A stretch of DNA of 64,000 bases, taken from the NCBI GenBank assembly GCA_937877715.1, contig CALEHW010000054.1, positions 982 to 64,981 of the forward strand, in the 5' to 3' direction. Shown here piece by piece: positions 1 through 9,424 of this stretch. The stretch comes from an uncultured Methylophaga sp. (GTDB taxonomy: Bacteria; Pseudomonadota; Gammaproteobacteria; GCF-002020875). The position numbers and the translations under genes are program-made. The notes beneath the pieces were generated by a model. That model was not told where the DNA came from and did not search any database. It was given only the letters and a program-made list of their open reading frames with translations. Within the stretch, counting starts at the first letter, position 1; the number at the start of each line of letters is the position of its first letter.

Positions 1-1297
1 CTCCCCAGTTAAAGAATCTGTCAATATCTGGTGCCTGAAAGGCTGAGTTGTAATTGGAGAATATTGAAAGATTCTCATTGATCCTGCTATTGATGCCGAT
101 ATCGTATGAGGAGAATTTATGATTATCATTTAATGCAGTGCCAGTAACAGGTGCATAAGTATAGTCAACATCCTCTTTTCGGCCGCCAAGAGAGATAGTT
201 ATGTTGTCAGTGCCATATTCTCCATGAACAAAATATCCAGCATTATTCTTTGTAGTTGTATTTGAGCCAATTTTTATTCTGTCACCAGCAAATTGCTGCA
301 TCCCGGCAATAATTCTGACCATATCCTGCTCATAGTTAATTGATGCCTCACTTGACTTGTAGTCATAATCAGCTCTTCCCCAACCATTGAGGTAGTTCGA
401 ATATTTGTCTTCTATTGAGTGATTAATAGATAGCTCAATATTGTCTGTAAGGCTAGTAATCAATCCGATAGTGGTTACATCAGTCTTAAATTCCTGGGGG
501 GTATATGCGTTCCCACCATTTTGTGATGGATCACTATTAAATTCACTCTCTGTAAGGCTCCCCACATAGCGGGTGTTGATCTTTGAATGATCTCTACCTA
601 AGGATAGCTCCAGAGAATCGGTTGGAAACAGGCGAAGCATAATTCGGGAATTGTTATTGTCTGAGTTATCATGATTTCCAGCGGTATCCGCTACGCTAAA
701 ACCATCATGGCTGGAATCGTCAGCAGATACTGAAAATGTAAAAAACTCTTCTGAGAGACCAGTAGAGAATGATGCCCTCTCTGCACCATGATTACCAAAT
801 TCCAGGCTAATGTTTGTAGTAGTGGCATCCTTTGTATATATTTGAATTGATCCGGCTGTTGCGCCATCACCATAGATTACAGATCCGCTGCCCTTGGTAA
901 TTTCAATTCTGCCGATGTTATTTAATGAGATTGAGCTAAGTAGTTGTGGGACCATATCAACATTGTTCATTCTTCTGCCATCAACAGTTATAACAACATT
1001 CTGGTAGCCATCTCCTATCCCGTATCCGCGCACATCAATCAACTGAGAGTATGGATTCCCATAACTGGGCATGATGGCTATTGAGGTATTCTGGTTGAGG
1101 AAGTCATAGAGTGAATCTGCACCAGATGATGCGATATCGTCTGATCCATATACTTCGGACGCATAAGTTGCCGCTGTATCTTCAGTTTCCACTTTGCTTG
1201 CTGTGACAATAATTGGTTCCAGTGGGGCTTGTGCGACTGTTACAGGTGCAATCAAAACTGCAGCCATTGTGGCTGTAAGGAAATAACTTAACTTCAT
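1..1297 (-). CDS. btuB: TonB-dependent outer-membrane receptor, BtuB-like (vitamin B12), truncated at the window edge
   Basis: My translation from the ATG at 1297 gives MKLSYFLTATMAAVLIAPVTVAQA, a signal peptide. It is followed by a TonB box (PIIVTASKVETED), then plug and barrel-like sequence rich in G/Y/N/S. The gene is not in the ORF track because it runs off the edge. A cobalamin riboswitch lies immediately upstream, and btuCDF lie nearby. Confidence 0.75.
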   Translation of the reverse strand, partial: MKLSYFLTATMAAVLIAPVTVAQAPLEPIIVTASKVETEDTAATYASEVYGSDDIASSGADSLYDFLNQNTSIAIMPSYGNPYSQLIDVRGYGIGDGYQNVVITVDGRRMNNVDMVPQLLSSISLNNIGRIEITKGSGSVIYGDGATAGSIQIYTKDATTTNISLEFGNHGAERASFSTGLSEEFFTFSVSADDSSHDGFSVADTAGNHDNSDNNNSRIMLRLFPTDSLELSLGRDHSKINTRYVGSLTESEFNSDPSQNGGNAYTPQEFKTDVTTIGLITSLTDNIELSINHSIEDKYSNYLNGWGRADYDYKSSEASINYEQDMVRIIAGMQQFAGDRIKIGSNTTTKNNAGYFVHGEYGTDNITISLGGRKEDVDYTYAPVTGTALNDNHKFSSYDIGINSRINENLSIFSNYNSAFQAPDIDRFFNWG

Positions 1298-1374
1298 GTT
1301 TCAAGTCTCCAGGTGCGCACTCCCGCGCATCGATCAAAAAAGCATAAAGCAGTGGGGGGTGATCAAGCAGTGAA

Positions 1375-1625
1375 TGGTCTGAATTGGAGACTCAAAACTT
1401 ACTCGGATACCGCCCGCCGCGATATAGCCAACTTAGTCCTGGGCAGGTCTCCGGGCTTGTGAGTAATCTCTCTGGATCTGATTGGCCGCCTTCCCATGTT
1501 TCCACAGTGGCTGATTGGCCAACATTTATTCTCACTTACCGTTGCGGGGGCAGCGTTGGAATTGCACAAGGTGGTGCGCACCAAACTTCCCTTTTCACTT
1601 TTCTGTCAGAAAGATACAGAAAAGA
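1375..1625 (-). ncRNA. Cobalamin (B12) riboswitch in the 5' leader of btuB
   Basis: The minus strand reads AAGCCCGGAGACCTGCCC, which is the reverse complement of 1441-1459. It matches the B12-box consensus rAGYCMGgAgaCCkGCCd at about 17 of 18 positions. GCCACTG and GGGAAGGCGG motifs lie upstream. The element sits between the nei stop (1664) and the btuB start (1297). Its exact ends are approximate. Confidence 0.8.
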
Positions 1626-1663
1626 ACCCAAGGCAGGGGACGAATGCTATAGAGAAAATGGAA

Positions 1664-2503
1664 TTAGGTCAAACCAGGAGTCTGTGGTTGCTGGCAGTTG
1701 GGGCATAGGTAACAGGGCTGCCCATTATGATTTTCCTTCTCAATGGTTGTCTGGCAGATCCTGCAAGGGAGCCCGTTACGGCGAAAGATCCAGAAGCGGC
1801 TTGATTCCTTGCTCTGTCCAGCATTCATCAGTGTCTCGGCCCGGTCTGGCAGGTAGGTGATTCCGCCGGTTTGGTAGGATTGACTGGGAAGATCAAGGAC
1901 CTGTTTTGCCAGGTGGTGGATCTGTTCCTTGCTGCAGTGGCGTGGTTTGGAGGATGGCAGAAGTTGGGTTAGAAACAGGATTTCACAGCGCAGGTAGTTA
2001 CCAAGCCCTGCAACAAATGATTGGTCGGTTAGAAAGCTACCAAGTTGTCGATTGTGAAATTTGGGACTGAGTAGTCTCTCTTCAATAGCGTCTATAGTCA
2101 GCGATGGATCAAACAGGTCGGGACCCAGCTTACTGAGGAAAGGGTGAGTGTCGATCCCTGTTTTTGTCAAAACTTCGATCTCTGATGCACTGTAGAGTAG
2201 TGCGCTTCCCCGGATGGTCTCTATTCGGATGCGTAGTTGTCGTTTGCTCTCTGAGGTTTCACCTGTTCGAAGGGTTACCCAGCGTCCGTAGAGTTGGTTG
2301 TGGCTATAGATAGTGAGGCCATTACCAAAGTGGGTCAGTATTGCTTTGCCGCGGGTTTCGATGCTGGTGATTTTCTCTCCAGTTAGTTTTGTCTCAAATT
2401 GCTGGAGGCGATCCAATCCAAACTGAATGGAAGTTGCTGCCTTTCCTGTGAGTACGGAGGAGATTTGATCAGCGGCACGACGAATTTCCGGCCCTTCGGG
2501 CAT
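1664..2503 (-). CDS. nei: Endonuclease VIII (Fpg/Nei family DNA glycosylase / AP lyase)
   Basis: The N-terminus MPEGPEIRRAAD resembles E. coli Nei closely, including LYGRW and the LLYSASxIE block. A C-terminal CxxC...CxxC zinc finger is present (CRICQ...CPNC). Confidence 0.85.
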   Translation of the reverse strand: MPEGPEIRRAADQISSVLTGKAATSIQFGLDRLQQFETKLTGEKITSIETRGKAILTHFGNGLTIYSHNQLYGRWVTLRTGETSESKRQLRIRIETIRGSALLYSASEIEVLTKTGIDTHPFLSKLGPDLFDPSLTIDAIEERLLSPKFHNRQLGSFLTDQSFVAGLGNYLRCEILFLTQLLPSSKPRHCSKEQIHHLAKQVLDLPSQSYQTGGITYLPDRAETLMNAGQSKESSRFWIFRRNGLPCRICQTTIEKENHNGQPCYLCPNCQQPQTPGLT

Positions 2504-2541
2504 TGATATGGCTCCTTATTGATGGCGTGGTTTGACGCGGG

Positions 2542-3558
2542 GTGTCTACCAAGGATAATAGCCTCACTATGGATCGTCTGCCTACCGTTTCCCGCAATAT
2601 CTTGGTGCTGCTTCTCTTTATGCTCTTTACACTCTGTTCGGCGCTATTGGCACTCAAGTTGGGGAGCAGTGATATTACATGGGGCGGTCTTTGGCAGATT
2701 TTGCTGGGAGAGGGGTCAGGAGTGCTCTCCACCGTGGTATGGGAGTTGCGGATCCCCCGGATTGTGGCCGCCTTTGTGGTGGGGGGGCTGCTTGCCCTTT
2801 CTGGGCTGTTGATGCAGGTTCTGTTGCGTAACCCACTGGCTGACCCTTATGTGTTGGGGGTCTCTGGCGGTGCAGCAGTAGCAGCGTTACTAGTATTAAT
2901 GGGCGGGGTATCGGTTGCATGGATGGCGCCTGCCGCTTTTGGCGGGGCACTTCTCTCGATGGTTCTGGTCTTTGGGCTGGCGCGGCTGCGTGGCAGCCAG
3001 GATCCAATGCGATTGCTGCTGACCGGGGTAATGATAGCGGCAGGGTGGGGTGCGTTGATAACTTTTCTGTTGGCAGTCAGCCCTGACCGTGCATTACGTG
3101 GAATGGTGTTTTGGTTGATGGGAGATCTGGGGCAGCCATTGCTTCCGCGTTGGGAGCTGCTGATACTGCTTGTTGGGGTGGCTGCCACCCTGTTACTGGC
3201 TCGTGAGATCAATGTCCTGGCGCGTGGTGGCGTGCAGGCGGCTGCCTTTGGGGTCTCGGTGGAGCGCCTGCGTGGGATTCTGTTTCTGGTTGCATCCTTG
3301 CTGACTGCAACTGCAGTCACTCTGGCTGGGAGTGTCGGTTTTATCGGTCTGGTGGTTCCACATATGATTCGGCTGATGGGTATCTCTGACCACCGTCTTC
3401 TGATTCCCGCCTCCGTGCTGTTTGGAGGGGGGGTATTGATTCTCTCTGATGCTGTTGCCCGTACCCTGCTGGCACCACAACAGCTGCCGGTTGGTGTGGT
3501 GACGGCGATGGTTGGGGTGCCGCTCTTCCTCTATCTGTTGCAGCGGAGCAGTCGATGA
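2542..3558 (+). CDS. btuC: FecCD-family ABC transporter permease (BtuC-like)
   Basis: A 338-aa polytopic hydrophobic protein with FecCD/BtuC-like motifs (RIPRI, GxxGFIGLVVPH). It overlaps btuD by 4 nt. Confidence 0.8.
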   Translation: MSTKDNSLTMDRLPTVSRNILVLLLFMLFTLCSALLALKLGSSDITWGGLWQILLGEGSGVLSTVVWELRIPRIVAAFVVGGLLALSGLLMQVLLRNPLADPYVLGVSGGAAVAALLVLMGGVSVAWMAPAAFGGALLSMVLVFGLARLRGSQDPMRLLLTGVMIAAGWGALITFLLAVSPDRALRGMVFWLMGDLGQPLLPRWELLILLVGVAATLLLAREINVLARGGVQAAAFGVSVERLRGILFLVASLLTATAVTLAGSVGFIGLVVPHMIRLMGISDHRLLIPASVLFGGGVLILSDAVARTLLAPQQLPVGVVTAMVGVPLFLYLLQRSSR

Positions 3559-4325
3559 TGCCGATTCTCTCTGCCAACGCCCTGTCGCTCTCGATTAATG
3601 GAAAAGATGTCTGTAACGGGCTGGACTGGGCAGTTAATTCCGGGGAGGTCTGGGGTGTATTGGGTGTTAACGGTGTGGGGAAAAGTACCCTGCTTCATGC
3701 CCTCTCTGGATTGTATCCAGTTGATTCTGGTGAGCTCGGGTTGAGTGGAGAGCTTATTGATCAGATGCGGCGCAGGGAGGTTGCCAGGATGGTGGGTCTA
3801 CTATTCCAGCATCAGGATGATATTTTCCCAACAACTGTGGAGGAGATGGTGCGAATGGGTCGTCATCCCCATACCTCATTGTTGCGAGGTGAGCAGACAG
3901 AGGATCTGGATATAGTTCAACAGATAATGGTGCAGATGGGGCTCTCTGGAATGGAGGGGCGTCTGGTCGATACCCTCTCTGGAGGAGAGCGTCGTCGGGT
4001 TGCAATCGCCACTCTCTTGGCGCAGCAACCAAAGCTCTATCTGTTGGATGAGCCTGAGGCACATCTTGATCCAAGGTATCAGCAAGAAATTCTTACTCAT
4101 GTTGTGCAAGAGACAGCAGAGCGCAGAGCGGCACTTGTAATGGTGTTGCATGATATAAATCTGGCTATTCACCACTGCACACATCTGCTGATGTTGATGG
4201 GTGATGGCATAGTGGAGCAGGGAGATGTTGAGACGATGATCTCTACGGATCGGGTAGGGCGGCTCTATGGAACTGAAATGACCCGAATTGAGGAGGGGGG
4301 GCGTATAGCCTATCTTCCATGCTAA
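3555..4325 (+). CDS. btuD: ABC transporter ATP-binding protein (BtuD/FecE-like)
   Basis: Walker A (GVNGVGKST), ABC signature (LSGGERRRV) and Walker B (LYLLDEP) are all present. Confidence 0.85.
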   Translation: MMPILSANALSLSINGKDVCNGLDWAVNSGEVWGVLGVNGVGKSTLLHALSGLYPVDSGELGLSGELIDQMRRREVARMVGLLFQHQDDIFPTTVEEMVRMGRHPHTSLLRGEQTEDLDIVQQIMVQMGLSGMEGRLVDTLSGGERRRVAIATLLAQQPKLYLLDEPEAHLDPRYQQEILTHVVQETAERRAALVMVLHDINLAIHHCTHLLMLMGDGIVEQGDVETMISTDRVGRLYGTEMTRIEEGGRIAYLPC

Positions 4326-5158
4326 TCCGTTATCTTTTGCTTCTGTTTTGGGTAGTGCCACTACAGGCACAGCCGCCGGCAGAGCGAATTATTAGTCTTG
4401 CTCCCCATATTACCGAGATTCTCTTTGAGATTGGTGCCGGAGAGCAGGTTGTTGGTACGGTCAATTATAGTGACTATCCACAGGAGGCAACCCTGATTCC
4501 GGAGGTTGGGGGATACAATCGCCTTGACCTGGAGAGGATCATTCAGCTTCATCCTGATTTGGTTTTGGGGTGGCATAGTGGTAACAGCTATATTGAGATT
4601 GAGCGGTTGAGGTCGCTGGGGTTACGGGTTGTCATTACGGAGCCACGACAGCTGGGAGATGTTGCTGGCCTGATGGAGCAGTATGGACAGCTTGTTGGGA
4701 GAGAGGAGCTGGCCAGTCAACAGGCAGATCGCTACCGTAAGGGGCTACAACAGCTTCGTGATAAGTATCAGCATCAAGCCCCGCTGATGGTCTTCTATCA
4801 GGTCTGGAACAGCCCATTAATTACAGTTAATGGAGAGCAGATCATCAGCAATGCAATAGAGCTCTGTGGGGGGGTTAATGTATTCGCGTCACTGGATACC
4901 CTATCCCCACAGATTGGTATAGAGGCGGTTCTTGAGAAAAACCCAGAGGTAATTATTGCCAGTGGAATGGATGAGTCACGGCCTGAGTGGCTTGATGAGT
5001 GGAATCGTTACCCGGTTTTGCGGGCTGTAGAGAGGCAGAATCTCTACCATGTGCCCCCCGATATTCTGCAACGACATGGGCCAAGATTGATAAAGGGGGT
5101 GGAGGCGCTGTGTCGGGTATTGACTCTTACTAGAGCAAAAGACCAACCGCAATATTAG
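4319..5158 (+). CDS. btuF: Periplasmic substrate-binding protein for cobalamin or iron-siderophore (BtuF-like)
   Basis: It has a signal peptide and a BtuF-like block RIISLAPHITEILFEIGAGEQVVGTVNYSDYP. It overlaps the btuD stop. Confidence 0.75.
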   Translation: MLIRYLLLLFWVVPLQAQPPAERIISLAPHITEILFEIGAGEQVVGTVNYSDYPQEATLIPEVGGYNRLDLERIIQLHPDLVLGWHSGNSYIEIERLRSLGLRVVITEPRQLGDVAGLMEQYGQLVGREELASQQADRYRKGLQQLRDKYQHQAPLMVFYQVWNSPLITVNGEQIISNAIELCGGVNVFASLDTLSPQIGIEAVLEKNPEVIIASGMDESRPEWLDEWNRYPVLRAVERQNLYHVPPDILQRHGPRLIKGVEALCRVLTLTRAKDQPQY

Positions 5159-5192
5159 GATATTCTTATAAAGTTATAGTTAAAACAATAAG

Positions 5193-5221
5193 TTGACACA
5201 TGCCTTGTTAATGACTATATT
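5193..5221 (+). promoter_or_regulatory. Sigma70-like promoter: TTGACA, 17-nt spacer, TATATT
   Basis: TTGACA at 5193-5198, a 17-nt spacer, and TATATT at 5216-5221. It lies in the AT-rich intergenic region upstream of the 5393 gene. Confidence 0.5.
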
Positions 5222-5320
5222 GACCGTCCGCGTATTGGAGGAGTATTTGAACAGTACCGGTGTACTAAAGAAAAATAACAAACAGATTACAATAATAATA
5301 ACCATTAAAGGGTAATATTG

Positions 5321-5360
5321 CGGCTTCCGAAAGAGATTTCAGAAGCCGTTTTTATTTTTT
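5321..5360 (+). terminator. Intrinsic-terminator-like hairpin followed by a T-run
   Basis: A 7-bp stem, CGGCTTC at 5321-5327 pairing with GAAGCCG at 5342-5348, encloses a 14-nt loop. TTTTTATTTTTT follows. It lies 160 nt downstream of btuF and between the promoter above and the 5393 start. Confidence 0.45.
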
Positions 5361-5392
5361 GGCGGCCCATCCCTGCGGTATCATAGTGCTCC

Positions 5393-8300
5393 ATGACTGG
5401 CACCATCCATCCAATCCATAGAATCCGTGAGATTCCATATAACTACACCTCTTTTTCGGATCGGGAGATTATCATCCGCTTTCTTGGTGAGGAGATGTGG
5501 GATGTGCTTAATGAGCTGAGAGGACAGCGCCAAACTGGGCGCTCCGCTCGCATGCTGTTTGAGGTGTTGGGTGATATCTGGGTGGTGCGCCGTAACCCCT
5601 GCATCCAGGATGACCTGATTGAGAATGTGGGGCGGCGAAATTCGTTGATTCATGCGCTCAACCACCGCCTTGACCAGATTGTCAGCCGTGCAGATGGTAA
5701 TGAGCTGGCCCTACAGTTGGCCGAAAAGACCCGTGAGGCAGTGGATGAGTTTGAGTCCTGGATAGGTTCTCAGTCTGGTCTGCGCAAGCGGACGTTACGA
5801 GAGCTCTCACGGGTAACCCGCAGGGACAATATTCAGTTTGATGGGCTGGCTCGTGTCTCTCATGCAACGGATGCCTCGGATTGGCGTGTTGAGTTCCCCT
5901 TTATTGTGGTCACCCCCGACAGCGAACAGGAGGTGCGGGATGTGGTGGAGGTATCCATCAGGTTGGGGCTGACAGTAATTCCACGTGGCGGTGGTACCGG
6001 CTACACCGGCAGCGCAGTGCCGCTGGAGGCCAGCAGTGTGGTCATCAATGTCGAGCGGCTAGAGAAGCTTGGCCGGGTGGTGGAGCAGAAAATTGAGGGG
6101 GTGGCAGAGCCGGTTGCAACTGTTGCGGTAGAGGCAGGGGTAGTTACCAGGCGGGTAAGTGAGCTGGCAGATGGTGCCGGGCTGGCCTTTGCAGTTGACC
6201 CAACCTCACAGGATGCATCCACTATTGGCGGCAATATTGCGATGAATGCTGGAGGCAAAAAGGCTGTTCGTTGGGGTACGACGCTGGATAATCTGGTCTC
6301 CTGGAAGATGGTTACCCCGCAGGCAGATTGGCTGGTGGTTGAGCGTCTCAACCATAATCTAGGGAAGATACATGACCAGCCCTATGCAGAGTTTCAGGTG
6401 CAGCGATTCGAGAAGGATGGCAAGACCAGAAAGGGCGAGTCAGAGTTATTGCGGATTCCATCTGCACAGCTACGTAAACCAGGGTTGGGCAAGGATGTTA
6501 CCAACAAGTTTCTGGCCGGCCTGCCCGGAGCACAGAAGGAGGGGTGTGACGGACTGATCACCTCAGCAGTTTTTATTCTCAACCAGCAGTCTCCAGAACT
6601 GCAGACACTATGTCTTGAGTTCTTTGATCCAGATCTCCATATGGCGGTTCCGGCAATTGTTGAGACTATAGATATTCTGGAGAGGAGCCCAGGAGTGGTG
6701 CTTGCAGGTCTGGAGCACCTTGATGAGCGCTATGTAAAGGCAGTGAAATACAGTACTAAGGCGGCTCGCCCTGACCTGCCGAAGATGGTTCTGTTGGCAG
6801 ATATTGGTGGGGAAGATGAGGAGTCACTATCGGCTGCGATTGAGGCAGTAATTGATGCAGCCAAGGCGCGTGGCGCGGAGGGCTTTGTTGCAATTAGTCC
6901 GGAGGCTCGACGCAATTTCTGGCTGGATCGGTCACGTACCGCAGCCATTGCGGCGCATACCAATGCATTCAAGATCAATGAGGATGTAGTGATCCCGCTT
7001 GATCGACTGGCTGATTACGGTGATGGAATAGAACGTATCAATATTGAGCAGTCAATCCAGAACAAACTGAGCGGAATGGGGCAGCTGCGGGATTTGGTGC
7101 AGCAGGCTACCCAGCTGAGTTCACGCAGTGATAATAGTGAAGAGCATCAACAGATTCTTGCATCCAAACAGGTTGCAGCAGAGGAGTTGCTGGAGCAGGT
7201 TGAGAGCCGTTGGCAGCTACTGCTAAAGGAGATGGACAGCAGTTATGGAACACTACCAATCGAGCTTGATCCATCCTTATCTACCGAACGCACACTGTTC
7301 CGGTTGCTGCAGCGACGGGAGCTACGGGTATCCTGGAAAAGGGAGGTGGAGCGACCACTGAAAGAGATCTTCTCTGGGCGGGAGATGGAGGCCCTACGCA
7401 GCAGATTTGATGAGCTCCATTCAGAGGTTAAATCACGTCGTCTCTTCGTCGCAACCCATATGCATGCAGGGGATGGAAACGTCCACACCAACATTCCTGT
7501 CCACTCTAATAACTACGAGATGCTTCAGGAGGCGGAGCGGATTGTGGATCGCATCATGGAGTTGGCCCAGGAGCTGGGCGGGGTGATCTCCGGGGAGCAT
7601 GGAATTGGTCTGACCAAGATTCACTATCTGGACCAGAAGGAGATTGATGCATTCAAGGGGTATAAGGAGAAGGTGGACCCAGAGGGGCACTTCAATCGTG
7701 GCAAGCTTATGGCCGGTTCCGGTCTGGAGGATGCCTACACCCCATCATTGCAACTGTTGGCACAGGAGGCACTGATCCTGGAAGCTAATGATCTGGGCGG
7801 CCTCAATCAGATGGTCAAGGATTGTCTGCGCTGTGGGAAGTGCAAGCCGGTCTGTACCACCCATGTCCCGGCAGCCAATCTGCTCTACTCCCCACGCAAC
7901 AAGATTCTTGCAACCGGCCTGATGATTGAGGCGGTGCTCTACGAGGAGCAGACCCGTCGCGGGATCTCACTACGTCATTTTGAGGAGATGAACGATGTAG
8001 CAGACCACTGCACCATCTGTCATCGTTGTGTAACGCCATGTCCGGTCAATATTGACTTTGGTGATGTAACGATACAGATGCGTACTATCCTAAAGCGTCA
8101 GCGCAAGCGTTGGTTCAAGCCTGTTGGCTGGATCTCCATGCAGTTCCTCAATGTGACCGATCCACGCCTGATTAAAGTGATGCGCACCGGACTGGTAACC
8201 TGGAGCTATGCGCTACAGAGGTTGGGTCACCAGCTTATGCGCGGTGCAGGACTGCTGAAATGGCAGATGCGGCCCTCTGCCACAACTGGCAAGCCGGCGA

Positions 8301-9208
8301 TCAGGGGGCAGGTGGTTCAATTCTTCCATCGGCCCATGCCGGGAAGTATGGCCCAGAAGAGCCCCAGGGCACTATTGGGCATTGAGGATCGAAGATATAT
8401 TCCGGTCCTGAGAAACCCGGAGACCACCTCAACAGAGTCTGAGGCGGTTTTCTACTTCCCGGGTTGCGGCTCTGAACGCCTCTTTGGCGAGGTAGAGATG
8501 GCAACGCTTAGTATGCTCTATGAGCAGAATGTGCAGACAGTGCTGCCACCTGGATACCTCTGTTGTGGCTATCCGCAGCGGGCATCAGGTGATGAGGAGA
8601 AGGGACATCAAATCTCGATGGGCAACCGTATCCTCTTCCACCGTATCGCCAACACCCTCAACTACCTCGATATTAAAACTGTACTAGTCTCCTGTGGCAC
8701 CTGTATGGATCAGCTGATGCAGTACGAATTTGAGAAGATATTCCCTGGCTGTCGGTTGCTCGATATCCACGAATACCTACTGGAGAAGGGGGTCAGATTG
8801 GAGGCAAATGGCGAAAAATACCTCTTCCACGATCCGTGCCATAGCCCGATGAAGCAGCTTGATCCGATCAAGGTGGCATCAGGGCTGACCGGTTCTGAGG
8901 TACATCTATCTGATCGATGTTGTGGCGAGTCTGGTACCTTTGCCGTCACCCGCCCCGATATTGCAACCCAGGTGAAGTTCAGAAAAGAGCAGGAGCTGAA
9001 AAAGGATATCGGTGAGCTTGGCAGTGTAGGGAAGATTCTTACATCTTGCCCATCCTGCCAGCAGGGGCTGATTCGATATCAGGAGAGCACTGGGCTTGAG
9101 GTGGACTATCTGGTAATGGAACTGGTGAAGAAGCTACATGGCAAACAGTGGCAGCAGCAGTTTCTGGACAAGGTAAATGGGGGCGGCATAGAGCAGGTGC
9201 TGTTGTAG
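5393..9208 (+). CDS. Large fused oxidoreductase: N-terminal ~170-aa extension (DUF3683-like), FAD-binding oxidase domain, two 4Fe-4S ferredoxin motifs and C-terminal cysteine-rich CCG domains (YdiJ/GlcD-GlcF-like)
   Basis: 1271 aa. The FAD-binding region is GlcD-like (IPRGGGTGYTGSAVP ... HAGDGNVH). Two ferredoxin motifs are present (CLRCGKCKPVCTTHVP and CTICHRCVTPCPVNID). CCG-type motifs follow (CCGYPQ, DPCHSPMK, CCGESG). Confidence 0.7.
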   Translation: MTGTIHPIHRIREIPYNYTSFSDREIIIRFLGEEMWDVLNELRGQRQTGRSARMLFEVLGDIWVVRRNPCIQDDLIENVGRRNSLIHALNHRLDQIVSRADGNELALQLAEKTREAVDEFESWIGSQSGLRKRTLRELSRVTRRDNIQFDGLARVSHATDASDWRVEFPFIVVTPDSEQEVRDVVEVSIRLGLTVIPRGGGTGYTGSAVPLEASSVVINVERLEKLGRVVEQKIEGVAEPVATVAVEAGVVTRRVSELADGAGLAFAVDPTSQDASTIGGNIAMNAGGKKAVRWGTTLDNLVSWKMVTPQADWLVVERLNHNLGKIHDQPYAEFQVQRFEKDGKTRKGESELLRIPSAQLRKPGLGKDVTNKFLAGLPGAQKEGCDGLITSAVFILNQQSPELQTLCLEFFDPDLHMAVPAIVETIDILERSPGVVLAGLEHLDERYVKAVKYSTKAARPDLPKMVLLADIGGEDEESLSAAIEAVIDAAKARGAEGFVAISPEARRNFWLDRSRTAAIAAHTNAFKINEDVVIPLDRLADYGDGIERINIEQSIQNKLSGMGQLRDLVQQATQLSSRSDNSEEHQQILASKQVAAEELLEQVESRWQLLLKEMDSSYGTLPIELDPSLSTERTLFRLLQRRELRVSWKREVERPLKEIFSGREMEALRSRFDELHSEVKSRRLFVATHMHAGDGNVHTNIPVHSNNYEMLQEAERIVDRIMELAQELGGVISGEHGIGLTKIHYLDQKEIDAFKGYKEKVDPEGHFNRGKLMAGSGLEDAYTPSLQLLAQEALILEANDLGGLNQMVKDCLRCGKCKPVCTTHVPAANLLYSPRNKILATGLMIEAVLYEEQTRRGISLRHFEEMNDVADHCTICHRCVTPCPVNIDFGDVTIQMRTILKRQRKRWFKPVGWISMQFLNVTDPRLIKVMRTGLVTWSYALQRLGHQLMRGAGLLKWQMRPSATTGKPAIRGQVVQFFHRPMPGSMAQKSPRALLGIEDRRYIPVLRNPETTSTESEAVFYFPGCGSERLFGEVEMATLSMLYEQNVQTVLPPGYLCCGYPQRASGDEEKGHQISMGNRILFHRIANTLNYLDIKTVLVSCGTCMDQLMQYEFEKIFPGCRLLDIHEYLLEKGVRLEANGEKYLFHDPCHSPMKQLDPIKVASGLTGSEVHLSDRCCGESGTFAVTRPDIATQVKFRKEQELKKDIGELGSVGKILTSCPSCQQGLIRYQESTGLEVDYLVMELVKKLHGKQWQQQFLDKVNGGGIEQVLL

Positions 9209-9380
9209 GTGATCTAATGGGTAAGAACAGCCATAAAGAGATCTTCATTATCCTGTGGTATCGTTAGGGACGGAACAGGGCGAGTTTCTTGATTGTGTCG
9301 AAATTCATAGAATAAGAAGGTTTGGTCTGGTGCTATACGGAATCCGCATATTACATATTTTAGAGATTCCGCATAATATA

Positions 9381-9424
9381 CTGATAAGCGCGGCCGCTTC
9401 GCGCCCACGCTTATCGGTGAGCTG
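9381..9424. repeat. REP-like palindromic repeat, copy 1 (CTGATAAGCGCGGCCGCTTCGCGCCCACGCTTATCGGTGAGC)
   Basis: About 43 bp recur exactly at 44511-44553. The sequence has an internal palindrome, GATAAGCG...CGCTTATC, around a GCGGCCGC core. Confidence 0.85.

Noticed and set aside
1384-1860. ORF-track ORFs (158 aa on plus, 61 aa on minus, 70 aa on plus) in the nei-btuB intergenic region
   Set aside because: They overlap the cobalamin riboswitch, have no RBS or known motifs, and the region is better explained as a structured leader RNA.
2469-4370. Numerous antisense or alternative-frame ORFs in the six-frame track, for example 2675-3007 on minus, 2847-3320 on minus and 3876-4370 on minus. Similar ones occur throughout, including the Pro/Ser/Ala-rich ORFs 35181-35899 and 46371-47404
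   Set aside because: They sit inside well-supported conserved genes on the opposite strand or in another frame. Their low-complexity, GC-frame-driven composition marks them as spurious.
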